A DNA stretch of 64,000 nucleotides from a virus, in IMG/VR virus record IMGVR_UViG_3300020159_001932, positions 68,603 through 132,602 of that record; one strand, given 5' to 3'. A model generated the notes under the pieces. The model saw nothing but the letters and a program-made list of their open reading frames with translations, did no database searches and was not told where the DNA came from. This document shows, in pieces, positions 40,301 to 50,025 of this stretch. The translations under genes were made by a program, and so were the position numbers. The first letter of the stretch is position 1; each line of letters opens with the position of its first letter.

Positions 40301-43300
40301 TACAAGTTCTACGTATGGTCTAGTTTTTGTTGGAGCTCCTTTGGCGTACTCGTTACAGGGCGTTGTTAAAGTTAGTTCAATAAATTCTAAAATACTTACA
40401 GAAGGTACTAGTACCTACATTAGTAGCCCCGACACGACACTGACTAACTTTGGATCTAGTATTTTTGTAGAAAGAAATACTTCTACTAAAACAGTGTTAG
40501 TTGGTGCGGACAATGCAGTATATTCCTACGTTGTAAAAGATTTGAATGGTACTATATCTGTATCCCAGCCAAACAGATTACTATCTACTTCTACATATTC
40601 TATAAGTGGAGCCGATAATGGTTCTTATATAGCAATAGGCGGAAAGCAAAAAGTCTACATCTTTAACAAGGCGCTAAACTTAATTGATACACTAACATCT
40701 AGGTACGCTAGTTTTGGAAAAACTGTAGCCATGTCTCAAAATGGAGACTATCTATTTGTTAGTATACCAGAAATTATAAATGTAGATGAATCTCTTGGGC
40801 AGGTACTAGTATATAAAAATATAAACGGAAAATTTATATACAATCAAACATTAGAAAATCCTGTCCAAGGATTGGGAATGACCTTTGGAAAAGCCATGGA
40901 TATTACTGTCAATGCAGATACATTAGTAATATCTGCATTAGGAGTTAACCATACATTCCCTACTACCTTTGATAAAGGTACTACAATATTTGATGCCGGG
41001 GTTACAGACTTCACAGGAACAGAAGCAAACTCTGGTGCAGTATATGTGTACTGTAGAGAAAATGAACGGTTTATATTGAGCCAGGAAGTAACCGATCCGT
41101 TTGTCTCACAAAATTATGGAACTAACTACGGCACAAGCATTGTTGTTGACGACAACTCGGTTCTTGTTGGTTGTCCTTCCTTGGACAATCCAAATATTAA
41201 ATCTGGGTTCTTTAAATTTGATAAAATTGATACAACAACATGTAGCCTTAAAAAAATAAGATATCAAGAAGATCAAGTTGATTTAGCCCCTGTACAAAAA
41301 ATAGTTTTAATTGATACAGAAAAAGAGCAGGTTATTGACTATCTTGATGTTGTTGATCCTTTAAAAGGACGTATTGCAGGAATTGCAGAACAAGAATTAA
41401 CATATAAGTTAATAAATGATCCTGCAATATATTCTATTGGCATAGCAGGTGTTAACGTAGACACCGCTAAAAACTGGATGGACGAAAAAGTTGGAGAGTT
41501 GTGGTGGGATCTAAGTACCGCAAAGTACATTTGGTATGAACAAAGCACTCTTGATTATAGAAAAAACAACTGGGGTCGATTATTCCCGGGTGCAACAATT
41601 GATGTCTACGAATGGGTTAGAACACCGTTACTACCAACAGAATGGTCTGCTATTGCAGATACTCCAGCAGGATTAACAAGTAATGTTAGTGGACAGCCAA
41701 AATTTGCAGATAATAGTGTAATTTCAGTAAAGCAAATTTATGATAATGTAACAAATAGTTTTAGTAATGTCTATTACTATTGGGTTAAGAATAAAGTCTT
41801 AGTTCCCGATGTTGCAGGCAGAAGAATTAGTTGCTACGAGGTAGGGTCAATTATTGCTGATCCTACAGCCTATGGATTAAAATTTGCATCTATAATTTCT
41901 AAAGATGCAGTATCATTGAGTAATATAGGTTCTATTCCAGTTGATGATAAAATCAGTTTAAATATTTCTAGAAATCTATCAGTTAATAGTCTAACTCCGT
42001 TAAAACATACTGAGTGGTTATTATTGCAAGAAAACTCTGCTAATAATATGCCTCCAATGTTACTAGAAAAGAAAATGATAGACAGTATACTAGGCCATGA
42101 CAGAGATGGCAGAGTAGTGCCTGATATATTCTTAACAGACAGAACAAAGTACGGTATTGGAGTCCGACCTCAACAAACAATGTTTAAAAACAGAGTTGAG
42201 GCATTGCGAAATGTAGTTGAATTTGCAAATAGTATCTTAATCACTGAACCTATTACTGGTAATTATAGTTTTAAAAATTTAAACAAACAAGAAGAAATTC
42301 CTGATCGCTTTACAAATGAATACGACGATGTTGTTGAAGACAACAGCATGTTAGAAGATATTAATACATCTACATTTGTCCGTGCTATCATTAATTGCAC
42401 AGTGAGTGGGTCTGGCGAAATTAGTGATGTATCTATTGCAAATCCAGGAGCAGGGTACGGTACTTTAAACCCTGTTTATAGTTCATCTGGAACATTAATA
42501 GGTTACCAAGGACCTACCTTTACAGACTTTAATTATGATACCTTATTCGATAGCGGTACCACAACATTTAATATTGGAGGGGCTACCTCATTTTTAGGAA
42601 GTTTGCCAAGCCCATATGGAAAAGATCTAAAAATTACCACAGTGGTAAACGAGCAAGGTAGTATAATTTCTGCTAGTGTGCTTCATGCAGGCAAAGGTTA
42701 CAAGTATGGATTTAAATTAATTGCTAGACCACATACAATCATAGTAGAAAGTGATGATACATACAACGGTAAGTGGACTCGCTATGAATTTGATTACATA
42801 ACATACAAGTGGAATAGAGCACATACACAAAGTTTCAATACCACATTATATTGGGACTATGTAGATTGGGTGTCAACTGAATACAATAAATTTAAAGTGT
42901 ATTCTTCAGTTATAGGAAGTCCTTATGAACTATCTGAATTAGATTCAGCCGAGGGTGAATATGTTAAGATTAATAACTCCGGAGATGGTAGATACATTGT
43001 AATAGAAAAAGGACCAAACGATATTGAAGGTACTTACGGTAATGGATATAATTTAGTTTACAAAGAAAAAGGAACTGTTCAGATTAAAAATAGTATCTGG
43101 GACACATCAAATAGTAATCTCAACTGGGATAAAGGAAACACCTATGATGAAACATTATGGGACCAAACACCCGACCTTGAAATACAATATATATTTGATG
43201 CGTTAAAGTACGATATCTTTATTAATAAACTAAAGGTAAACTGGAATTTATTATTCTTTACGTCTGTAAGATATGCATTAACCGAACAAAAGATATTGGA

Positions 43301-46295
43301 TTGGGCATTTAAAACTTCTTTTATTACAGTTGTAAACAATGCAGGAAACCTAGGACAGCCTCCTGTTTATAAGATTCAAGATAGTATTCACTATGAAAAT
43401 TATATCAATGAGGTCAAGCCATACCATACACAAGTTAGAAATTTTGTAACAAATCACTCTATACTCGAACCTAGTAACACTGAAGTCAGCGAACTTGATA
43501 GGACTGCTTCGATTAAATTAAAATTTGACAGAATTACATCTGTACAAGAAACTGAAGATTTTGTTGTTAATGATTTGTTTGTTGCAAGTGGTGTTGATAA
43601 CGAATTCATATTAAGTTGGGTTCCTGATGCTAACAAATTAAAAATTACTGTTAAGATTGACAAGATTCGTGTGTTGAGTAGCAAATACACCATTGTTTAT
43701 TATTCAGAACCTTTTAACGGATATAATAAAAAGTTTGCAAAATTAGTATTTTTAGATGAACTTCCTATAGATGCAAATAAAGTTATATCTATTGAATATA
43801 AGAAAAGTGCTGAAGTATTAAATGCAACAGACCGAGTATTAAGTTATTATACCGCTACTAGTGGAATGGTAGGACTCGATCTAGGGATGTTAATGTACGG
43901 TATTGATTACCCCGGTCCTCGTATAGGGGGACAGTACGAGGGCATTGGATTTACTACTCCTTATGGTGGTACATACCCGTCAAGCTACATTTCTGCTGGA
44001 ACTTGGACCAATGGAATATTAAGTACGGCACTTGGTATCAATCCTGAAGAAAGAATAATTGATGGTGGCATTGGATTCTTGTCTCCTTCATCTGGGTTTG
44101 CTCCAGAAGAAGTTGTTCCTGGATTTGCTATTGATAGCCTAGGAATTAGTGTATATACACAAGGTCCTGCTCCAGCCCCAACGGTATACAGTGAAAACTT
44201 TTCACTAACCAGCGGCAACGGTCTTTTAAGATATCCACTTCCTATATTGCCTCCTACTATAGCAAGCATGACTGTTATTTTTAATGGTGTTTACTTTAAC
44301 TATACCGAAGGATTATTGAACCCTGGAACGTCTGTGTATTCTATAGATTGGGAAAATCTAGAATTATTAGTTCCTGATCAAGATGTCAGCGGAGATGTGG
44401 GATACACTATCATTGGTGTTGGCGGCAGCGAAACTAATGTAGGATTAATTGACTATGAAGTTAATTATACATCTAATACTTCTACAGCAGTAGTAGAGAG
44501 TTTTATTGCTTACAATGTTGTGCAAGACGCCTTTGTATCTGTTAATGGAACAGCAATAACTACATCTACTTCAGTTTATTATGATTTGACATATGACAAT
44601 GTAACTGGAAAAGCTGTTGTAACGGTTCGTAATCTTACCAATTATCAAAATGCAATACAGGTATGGTTCTTTGGAGAAACAAAGGATCTGTTTAATAAAG
44701 TAAGAGATCAAAGTTTTGTTTACAACGGATCTACAACTACATTTACTTTGTTGTATCCTCCTGAAATTGAAGGGCCTGATTCAACTCATGTAATAGTTGA
44801 TTTGATTTCTAATGGTGTCTCGAGAAGGTTATTACCGTCTGACGACAATTTGCCTGGAATATACGATTACATTGTAACGGATAATCAAATAACAATTTAC
44901 CCGTCAGCTAGCTTAACTGTCAATGATACAATTAAAGTAATTACATTTTCAAACCATGATAGCATGGCTATTCGTGTAGATAAATTTGTAGGAGTTCCTA
45001 ATAGACGATTTGTCTTAGACCGTCCTGTTTTAAATGACAAATACATTTGGGTAACTATAAACAAGTTTAACGGAATTGGAGTACCACCGACTACAGTTGG
45101 ATTAATTAACGGAATAGATTTTACTTTATTTGAAGATGATATAACCGTTCAACTTGGTGATGATTGGCCAGTAACAGTTGACGACATTGTTGAAATAAGA
45201 ACAATGGTTGCTCCTACACATCCTACTAATATTCTCGGATATAGAATTTTTAATGATATGTTAGGTGGAACTACATTTACAAGATTAAGTCTTGAAAATT
45301 CTACAAAACTAACACAAATTCTTCTTGCATCAGATGCAGAAATACATGTCGAAGATGCAAGTGTGTTTACTCCTCCGACTGTTCTTTCTAATATTCCCGG
45401 CGTTGCTCTTATCGACGGCGAAAGAATTGAGTTTTTTGAAATTGATGGAAATATTTTAAAACAACTAACACGCGGTACTATGGGTACAGGACCTGCTGAT
45501 TATGTTAATGCTGGTACACGAGTTTTTGATCAAGGTACAGAGCAAATTATTCCTAGTCCAGAAAATACGTTTATTCAAAATACGTTTACCAACACACTAA
45601 CAAATGTGTATCCAATTAGTTTAGTAGATCTTGAAATTACATTCCCTGACTCCGATGACCTTGTTAGATGCGATGGAATACAGTTCTCCAGTGATGAAAG
45701 TATTTCATTGATTGATCAAGTTGAAGTGTATTATGGCGGTTACCAATTAAGAAAATCAGGAAAATACTTCCTTGATACATCTGTTTCATATGACGGTATT
45801 GATGTAAATTCAATAGTTAATAGTGTAAGTACAGTAGATGATTTAGCAACATATGCACCTAATGTAGGAGATGCATTCTTAGTTACCTCAACAAATAAAG
45901 TATGGGTCTACACAGGAACAAGATCTGTTTCAACCTCAACAATAGGATGGATTTATTCTGGTGTAACATATCTTCCACCAGAATTTTCAATTACTACTTC
46001 TAGTGGAACTAACCTATTAGTATTAAATACTGCAACAATTGATATTGTAGATGGTATTCAAGTTACACTAATAAAGAAAGATACAACAGTTGAAGACTCT
46101 TGGAATACAGTTATTTCCACAGGAACAACATTATCATTAATTGATAGTACAACACCGGTTGCTGAATTCTTAAAAACTTCGCCAACAATATTACCAAAAG
46201 AATATTTTAATCAAAGTCAAGATAACGTTCTTAGAAATGAATCTGGACAACCGTTGCTCGATGAAGCAAGTAAAATTTTAACAGGAAATTTTTAA
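34374..46295 (+). CDS. Giant multidomain baseplate/structural protein (3973 aa, in the gp7 position)
   Basis: Uninterrupted ORF after gp6 with FG-GAP-like repeats, CBM-like aromatic motifs and YINEVKPYHT. Confidence 0.75.
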   Translation: MATNKINSVTLLPEFLRTERNSKFLSSTIDQLIQPPQLERINGYVGSTQTPTYNSTADIYLSNGTPYQLDPALILRDNLNNITDTQGYDDLINEISVKGGYTNNLDRLFRSEVLSYNPHIDWDKLVNYQNYFWVPEGPELIDIVSGTSTVINQVSATVEVLTPTGTTSTILSNGMLVCFNSPSDPEEFYDKTFYVEGVGSSIKLVPFKPLLVSESFLNTYPDGWDSHEFDNFPFDNDREIPIIPEYVTINRASNDSNSWSRYNRWVHKDVIRLSAQINGRAPTYISKARAQRPIVEFVPNIKLLNFGSIGIEPVDIFDKEIEDISTINNSTSTIYLDGIELEEGHRIIFSVAEDPAVVGKIYEVKFVNVGSTRRLTLIPSYDTTPPTDATVVVLLGVENNGTEWWYNGIEWVYGQQRISINQAPLFDLYDVEENSYGNKDFYLSDFAGNKIFSYAIGTGTPDPYLGFPIKYKNSTVIGGIVFENNLSTDSIVLSQLGESTYTILSNVGYVKIGNEFKNAWVNAVEYPIPVLSSTATGFTNYYEEPLSLTNNPLNGVISEFTISELTDHVDSMVKRMQSEIAYDPLTNKLRDQADYTKYGIKLISNINPISFAQMFVGKKEHSVVDSIIKSANKYNKFKLSFLNGLNSVTEQLTPAAAVDEILLNLNKSTTGQAPYYYSDMLPYGTAEVNKVWTVTNPTNVLFPLLSEFDLTTLSTTSVLVYLNGLQLIHGIDYVFNKIESTVELLVELSIDDVVLVKEFQDTTACYVPPTPTKLGLYPKYIPSIYYDDTYASGSVKVIQGHDGSITLAYNDYRDAIILELEKRIFNNIKSEYRPELLDINSVIPGIFRETEYNIHEVNGILESDFVRWSTEYVIDYADNQYFDPDDSRTWNFAETYNSFLDEKLFGSWRLIFKQFYDTDRPHTHPWEMIGYSIKPDWWEGTYGQAPYTSSNVVWADMEMGYDTNSDTINDKYARPGLSNVLPVDSFGNLIDPTVLISGITDSNKRRPWQVGDLGPAETAWRRSSYYPFAVQRLLALTKPASYSSLMFDVSRVKKNISNQWVYGNDETFLKFKNLYINGENNNLTSGYSVFVSETGEQRSVDYLKTLRQDLSYASYNLFFKVGGFIDKDSIQVIIDAYAPSSTSPGAILPTQNYQLRLNSGNPIKSIGITGLIIQKVNNEYVIKGYDTQHPFFTCLTPIRNLNTTSFTVGGETESYVVWEESGTRGATGLSAQDTISASAAPTGNFYQKGQNVFYGNNFYKVTVAHRAGSSFNPAYFQLLPKIPTIGGVTVQTAASFNKTETLIPYGVSYSNVQDVYDLIIGYGQWLTKQGFIFDDYNEDLESVMDWSMTAKEFLYWTTQNWASGSIITLSPFADRLVYKSTDSVVNNVFDEFYDYSILRADGTPFPKESLSISRLDGTCLISTFPNTDGIYNARLNLVRKEHAIIFDNETIFGDTVYNVETGDRQRRIKLVGFRTAGWNGDYFSPGFVYDTAIVKEWERYQSYNAGSTVRFGGNYYSALKNVPGSDKFEFTKWNLLRNKPTSGLLPNFDYKIKQFEDFYSTDSDNFDEAQQQLSQHLVGYTPRVYFNNVFSDPIAQFKFYQGYIKDKGSNLAISKLSKASLETLKGDISYNEEWAFRVGNFGSFPTYEEIEFPLVEGTFRENPQIIHFVNSVPNNSENTLLNYVVPSNLTISPNNYNSENTFLTTSTDLKLLLHSGYVRIDDVTATAYNENSLLDIANSNQLKDGNTIWLGFKEDGGWDVFRYTYVPAAIIGVYVSAPVEDITFTTQYPHGLSIGELIGVNQFNEQVNGIYRVKAIPSAKQFTVASMLSSIENAPLESPGQLFVFSSVRFSDFDVLPSDKVINRLPYGTKFWVDATEAHGWEVYQKTDNYNSTSYFNAGLPLAPGLGKSISKRKGSDIVVVGAPNNYRGTQYGVVWVYDKTETGELKPVVRYRLGGEFSDQLTGFGNVIVYDDFTFTSSTYGLVFVGAPLAYSLQGVVKVSSINSKILTEGTSTYISSPDTTLTNFGSSIFVERNTSTKTVLVGADNAVYSYVVKDLNGTISVSQPNRLLSTSTYSISGADNGSYIAIGGKQKVYIFNKALNLIDTLTSRYASFGKTVAMSQNGDYLFVSIPEIINVDESLGQVLVYKNINGKFIYNQTLENPVQGLGMTFGKAMDITVNADTLVISALGVNHTFPTTFDKGTTIFDAGVTDFTGTEANSGAVYVYCRENERFILSQEVTDPFVSQNYGTNYGTSIVVDDNSVLVGCPSLDNPNIKSGFFKFDKIDTTTCSLKKIRYQEDQVDLAPVQKIVLIDTEKEQVIDYLDVVDPLKGRIAGIAEQELTYKLINDPAIYSIGIAGVNVDTAKNWMDEKVGELWWDLSTAKYIWYEQSTLDYRKNNWGRLFPGATIDVYEWVRTPLLPTEWSAIADTPAGLTSNVSGQPKFADNSVISVKQIYDNVTNSFSNVYYYWVKNKVLVPDVAGRRISCYEVGSIIADPTAYGLKFASIISKDAVSLSNIGSIPVDDKISLNISRNLSVNSLTPLKHTEWLLLQENSANNMPPMLLEKKMIDSILGHDRDGRVVPDIFLTDRTKYGIGVRPQQTMFKNRVEALRNVVEFANSILITEPITGNYSFKNLNKQEEIPDRFTNEYDDVVEDNSMLEDINTSTFVRAIINCTVSGSGEISDVSIANPGAGYGTLNPVYSSSGTLIGYQGPTFTDFNYDTLFDSGTTTFNIGGATSFLGSLPSPYGKDLKITTVVNEQGSIISASVLHAGKGYKYGFKLIARPHTIIVESDDTYNGKWTRYEFDYITYKWNRAHTQSFNTTLYWDYVDWVSTEYNKFKVYSSVIGSPYELSELDSAEGEYVKINNSGDGRYIVIEKGPNDIEGTYGNGYNLVYKEKGTVQIKNSIWDTSNSNLNWDKGNTYDETLWDQTPDLEIQYIFDALKYDIFINKLKVNWNLLFFTSVRYALTEQKILDWAFKTSFITVVNNAGNLGQPPVYKIQDSIHYENYINEVKPYHTQVRNFVTNHSILEPSNTEVSELDRTASIKLKFDRITSVQETEDFVVNDLFVASGVDNEFILSWVPDANKLKITVKIDKIRVLSSKYTIVYYSEPFNGYNKKFAKLVFLDELPIDANKVISIEYKKSAEVLNATDRVLSYYTATSGMVGLDLGMLMYGIDYPGPRIGGQYEGIGFTTPYGGTYPSSYISAGTWTNGILSTALGINPEERIIDGGIGFLSPSSGFAPEEVVPGFAIDSLGISVYTQGPAPAPTVYSENFSLTSGNGLLRYPLPILPPTIASMTVIFNGVYFNYTEGLLNPGTSVYSIDWENLELLVPDQDVSGDVGYTIIGVGGSETNVGLIDYEVNYTSNTSTAVVESFIAYNVVQDAFVSVNGTAITTSTSVYYDLTYDNVTGKAVVTVRNLTNYQNAIQVWFFGETKDLFNKVRDQSFVYNGSTTTFTLLYPPEIEGPDSTHVIVDLISNGVSRRLLPSDDNLPGIYDYIVTDNQITIYPSASLTVNDTIKVITFSNHDSMAIRVDKFVGVPNRRFVLDRPVLNDKYIWVTINKFNGIGVPPTTVGLINGIDFTLFEDDITVQLGDDWPVTVDDIVEIRTMVAPTHPTNILGYRIFNDMLGGTTFTRLSLENSTKLTQILLASDAEIHVEDASVFTPPTVLSNIPGVALIDGERIEFFEIDGNILKQLTRGTMGTGPADYVNAGTRVFDQGTEQIIPSPENTFIQNTFTNTLTNVYPISLVDLEITFPDSDDLVRCDGIQFSSDESISLIDQVEVYYGGYQLRKSGKYFLDTSVSYDGIDVNSIVNSVSTVDDLATYAPNVGDAFLVTSTNKVWVYTGTRSVSTSTIGWIYSGVTYLPPEFSITTSSGTNLLVLNTATIDIVDGIQVTLIKKDTTVEDSWNTVISTGTTLSLIDSTTPVAEFLKTSPTILPKEYFNQSQDNVLRNESGQPLLDEASKILTGNF

Positions 46296-46297
46296 AA

Positions 46298-47506
46298 ATG
46301 CCAAACATTAATTTAGTAGCCCAGGTATCAACCGCAACTGATCAAAATTCTTATTTTATTATGTCCGATAACGGATTGGTAAGAAGATTTAGATATGATT
46401 ATCTTAAAGAACAGATAACCGCTACAATTCCTGGAGCCAACAGAACAAATCAAAATTTATTTACTACAAGTTCTGTGAGGTTTAATAGTGTTTCTTTATC
46501 AGACGCCGCTGCGACTGCTTCTGAAAATGAATTTTCATTTACCACTGATTTTTATCATACTGGAAATACAGCCATACAGTTAAATGACGGAATAGGTTCA
46601 ATAAGATTTGGAGGGTTCGACGGCAGTGCTCAAACAATACGAGGTAGAAATATATCTCCCTGGGCACTAACCGCAGTTGCTGCTGAAAACTGGAACTACT
46701 CAGGAAACGTTACAACAAATGCTGGTGTGTCTTGGTACATTCATCAACAGCCTGTTGGCATAAGACTTACCTCAACAAGCAGGCAACGGTTAATACAATC
46801 GACGTCGTTACCATCATCAATTTCGTCTATCCCGCCAATTTTTCAATTATCATTGGGATCTATTGCTGTATTACCTACTAGTACATTAACAGCCTCTAAC
46901 GGAACTCCTATTACTGGATATGCTCCTGGAAGAACAGACTTAAATTTTGTTAACGCTAAAGTGCATCAATACGGAATTCCTACAACTTCACCGGATCCAG
47001 CAAACGTTACCTTACTTGGAACTAATGTCTATATCTTTGAAACTGCTAGAAACAGCACATACTCAGGTCTTAGAGATGCAATTAAAAACGATGATGTAAT
47101 TGGTCAATTTCAATTTAGGGCCATAACAAGCGATAATTCTACAACTTCAACTGGAGCATTAACAGGGTTAATAACTGTTCGTGCAACTGAAGACTTTACA
47201 AATATAGCGCATGGGTCAGAGATATCTCTAAGCACTCAACCTCAACAAGGATATCTTGGACCAACCGATCGTCTAAGATTGTCATCAACATCAAATGTGT
47301 ATGTTAGTGAGTTACATTCTTTTAGAAACAACAGCCAAGACCTTAAAATGACAATTGACGACTCTTCTATAAAAGTATTTGAAAATTTAACATTTGCAGA
47401 TAATAGTGTTCAGACCGGCGCAAGTATAAGCCTTGTAGATTTAAAAACTTTAGTGGCAGACAGCACAAGTTTTGGAGATTTCCAAGCCAGAATAGCCGCT
47501 TTGTAA
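46298..47506 (+). CDS. Hypothetical Ser/Thr-rich structural protein (fibre-like)
   Basis: 402 aa, coupled to the giant gene; FADNSVQT motif near the C-terminus. Confidence 0.55.
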   Translation: MPNINLVAQVSTATDQNSYFIMSDNGLVRRFRYDYLKEQITATIPGANRTNQNLFTTSSVRFNSVSLSDAAATASENEFSFTTDFYHTGNTAIQLNDGIGSIRFGGFDGSAQTIRGRNISPWALTAVAAENWNYSGNVTTNAGVSWYIHQQPVGIRLTSTSRQRLIQSTSLPSSISSIPPIFQLSLGSIAVLPTSTLTASNGTPITGYAPGRTDLNFVNAKVHQYGIPTTSPDPANVTLLGTNVYIFETARNSTYSGLRDAIKNDDVIGQFQFRAITSDNSTTSTGALTGLITVRATEDFTNIAHGSEISLSTQPQQGYLGPTDRLRLSSTSNVYVSELHSFRNNSQDLKMTIDDSSIKVFENLTFADNSVQTGASISLVDLKTLVADSTSFGDFQARIAAL

Positions 47507-47510
47507 TAGG

Positions 47511-47518
47511 TATAAATA
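47511..47518 (+). promoter_or_regulatory. T4-type late promoter TATAAATA
   Basis: Exact consensus 19 nt upstream of the next ATG. Confidence 0.75.
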
Positions 47519-47537
47519 GCATATTGGAACATAAAAA

Positions 47538-48158
47538 ATGAATAGTCAACCTTTTAATAACTTAACCGACAGTGAAAGATTTGCTGTTAAAGGACATATT
47601 AAAATATATGATCCAACTACCAACGAAATTTTTATTGATAAGCCTAATGCAATTCACTATGAAAATTTTAGTCTTGCAATGGCCAGAAGTTTAAGTAACC
47701 AAGGGTTTGGTACTATTTCTGAAATGTGCTTTGGAAATGGCGGAACACGAGTCGATGATACAGGAATTATCACCTATCTAACTCCTAACACCGTTGATTC
47801 TTCCGCAAGTTTATACAATCAAACATACATTAAGTCTATTGATGCCAATAGACCCGGGGATATACTTCCTGATAGAAATAATATGGAAGTTAGGCATGTT
47901 GCAGGTGCTTATTACTCTGACATATTAGTAACATGTTTATTAGATTTTGGAGAACCTAGCGGACAGGAAGCGTTTGATAATGAAACAACATCCAACGGAA
48001 CATTTGTTTTTGATGAACTAGGATTAAGAGCATATAGTCCTGACGGCCCGGGGCTTGGTCCTTTGTTAACTCATGTAATTTTTCATCCTGTTCAAAAATC
48101 ATTGAATAGAATGATACAAATAGACTATACGGTACGTGTACAGAGTCTTTCAAGTTAA
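47538..48158 (+). CDS. Baseplate / fibre-attachment structural protein
   Basis: KGHIKIYD, FGNGG, FDELGL and LLTHVIFHPVQKSLNR.IQIDYTVR motifs. Confidence 0.6.
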   Translation: MNSQPFNNLTDSERFAVKGHIKIYDPTTNEIFIDKPNAIHYENFSLAMARSLSNQGFGTISEMCFGNGGTRVDDTGIITYLTPNTVDSSASLYNQTYIKSIDANRPGDILPDRNNMEVRHVAGAYYSDILVTCLLDFGEPSGQEAFDNETTSNGTFVFDELGLRAYSPDGPGLGPLLTHVIFHPVQKSLNRMIQIDYTVRVQSLSS

Positions 48159-48170
48159 AGGGTGTAACCG

Positions 48171-50024
48171 ATGTCATATATTATATACACCAGTAGCGGT
48201 ACAGTACTAACAACAGTAGCAACAGGTAAAGTTAATACCTCTACTACAAGTTTGACACTTGTAGGACGCGATCTTCTTAATTATGGGCGAGCTTGGAATC
48301 AAAATTTAGTTTATCTTTTAAGTAATTTTGCAAGTCCGAATAATAAATCACCTAAAAATCCTATACTAGGACAAACATGGTACGATTCTACAAGTAAAAG
48401 ATTTAAAGTCTATAAAGGGTCGTCGTTTGAAGCAGTTGGCGGCGTAGAGATAGATAATACAGAACCAGTTGGACAATTTCCAGGTGAATTTTGGTATGAT
48501 CCAGAAAGTAAAAATTTAAATTTTTTAACTGACGAAGATCAATATATAACTTTAACATCATTTCCTATTACCGATCAAAGCGGCTGGAAATATCCCTTAA
48601 CACCTATATATGATACTAATACAAACACTAGACATTTAACTCTGTTAAAATCGTCTGGTGAGGTAGTTGGTGCGTTGTCAAGAGAAGATTTTATAGTTGG
48701 AAAAGACGATTCTACATCTACATTTTCAAGGGCAGGAACAGATTCATTTGTTATTGTTAATGGCCTAACATTAGTTGACGATTTAAGGTTCTCTAACGGT
48801 TTTGTTACAGGTGATTTGACAGTCGGAGGGACTGTAACTGCTCAAAAGTTAATAGTTGAATTTACTACTGTTACAACACAAATTGTAACAACCGACGATA
48901 TTATTAAAACTAGCAATGTATCAAATGCAGTGTCTACTACTACAGGTGCTCTTCAGGTAGCTGGCGGAGCCGGGTTTGGTAAAGATTTATGGATTGGCGG
49001 CAAGGTACGAATCATACAAACATTGAACGTAGGTGGAACTACAACTGTGAGCGGAAGTATTGTTCCGACTGCAACGGGAGTGTACGATCTAGGAACTCCT
49101 TCAAATAGATTTGGTACATTGTATATCAGTAGTTCAACTATAGATTTTGGCAACAGTGCTATAATATCATCATTTGGCAATCAAATAATAATTGATAATT
49201 TAGTTTCAACAAATTCATTATTATCAAATTTAACTGCTGCAAATTTCACAGCTACCACGGCTAAGATTGTTAATGGATTGCAAGTCGGCGGTGAAATAAC
49301 TGCAACCAATGCAACCGTAACAAATAATTTAAGAGTAAACGGTGTTGCAACTGCAACTAATCTAACTGTAACAAACAACTTAAAAGTTAACGGTGCAATT
49401 ACTACTACAAATTTAACAGTAACTGGTGTAGCATCAATACCTGTGCTATCTGGATTTACTGCAACCAATGTAACAATTACAGGCAATTTAAATGTAGCAG
49501 GACATACAACTGTTGGCCCACTGGTATCGTCGGCATTTACTGCCACTACAGCAATAGTAACAGGTAACTTAACTGTATCTGGATATACAAGTGCCGGTCC
49601 ATTAGTAGCAACATCATTTACTGCTACTACAGCAAGAGTAACAGGTAACTTAAACGTAGGCGGTGCAATATATTCAACTGGAAATATTACAGCGTTCTAT
49701 GGTGCTCCTTCTGATTCAAGGTTCAAAGAAAATGTGCGTAATATTGAATCTGCCCTTGCCAAGGTAAAAGAAATTAACGGTGTTACTTTTGATTGGACAC
49801 AAGAGTTTCTAGACAATGAATACAAAAAGAGTGGATTAAATCTAAAAAAACACGACTTAGGAGTTATTGCTCAAGAAGTAGAAGCAGTTGTTCCTGAGGT
49901 AGTTGATACTCGAGATGACGGATTTAAATTTGTTAAGTATGAAAAATTGGCAGGATTATTAATTGAAGCAATTAAAGAGCTTGACACAAAGCTAGAAGAT
50001 ATTAAGAAACAGATAGGAATATAA
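48171..50024 (+). CDS. Tail fibre with a C-terminal intramolecular chaperone (peptidase S74-like)
   Basis: TATN.TV.GNL.V.G repeats, then SDSRFKENV...INGVTFDW...GVIAQEVE.V.PE.V...YEKL..LLIEAIKEL. Confidence 0.85.
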   Translation: MSYIIYTSSGTVLTTVATGKVNTSTTSLTLVGRDLLNYGRAWNQNLVYLLSNFASPNNKSPKNPILGQTWYDSTSKRFKVYKGSSFEAVGGVEIDNTEPVGQFPGEFWYDPESKNLNFLTDEDQYITLTSFPITDQSGWKYPLTPIYDTNTNTRHLTLLKSSGEVVGALSREDFIVGKDDSTSTFSRAGTDSFVIVNGLTLVDDLRFSNGFVTGDLTVGGTVTAQKLIVEFTTVTTQIVTTDDIIKTSNVSNAVSTTTGALQVAGGAGFGKDLWIGGKVRIIQTLNVGGTTTVSGSIVPTATGVYDLGTPSNRFGTLYISSSTIDFGNSAIISSFGNQIIIDNLVSTNSLLSNLTAANFTATTAKIVNGLQVGGEITATNATVTNNLRVNGVATATNLTVTNNLKVNGAITTTNLTVTGVASIPVLSGFTATNVTITGNLNVAGHTTVGPLVSSAFTATTAIVTGNLTVSGYTSAGPLVATSFTATTARVTGNLNVGGAIYSTGNITAFYGAPSDSRFKENVRNIESALAKVKEINGVTFDWTQEFLDNEYKKSGLNLKKHDLGVIAQEVEAVVPEVVDTRDDGFKFVKYEKLAGLLIEAIKELDTKLEDIKKQIGI

Positions 50025-50025
50025 A

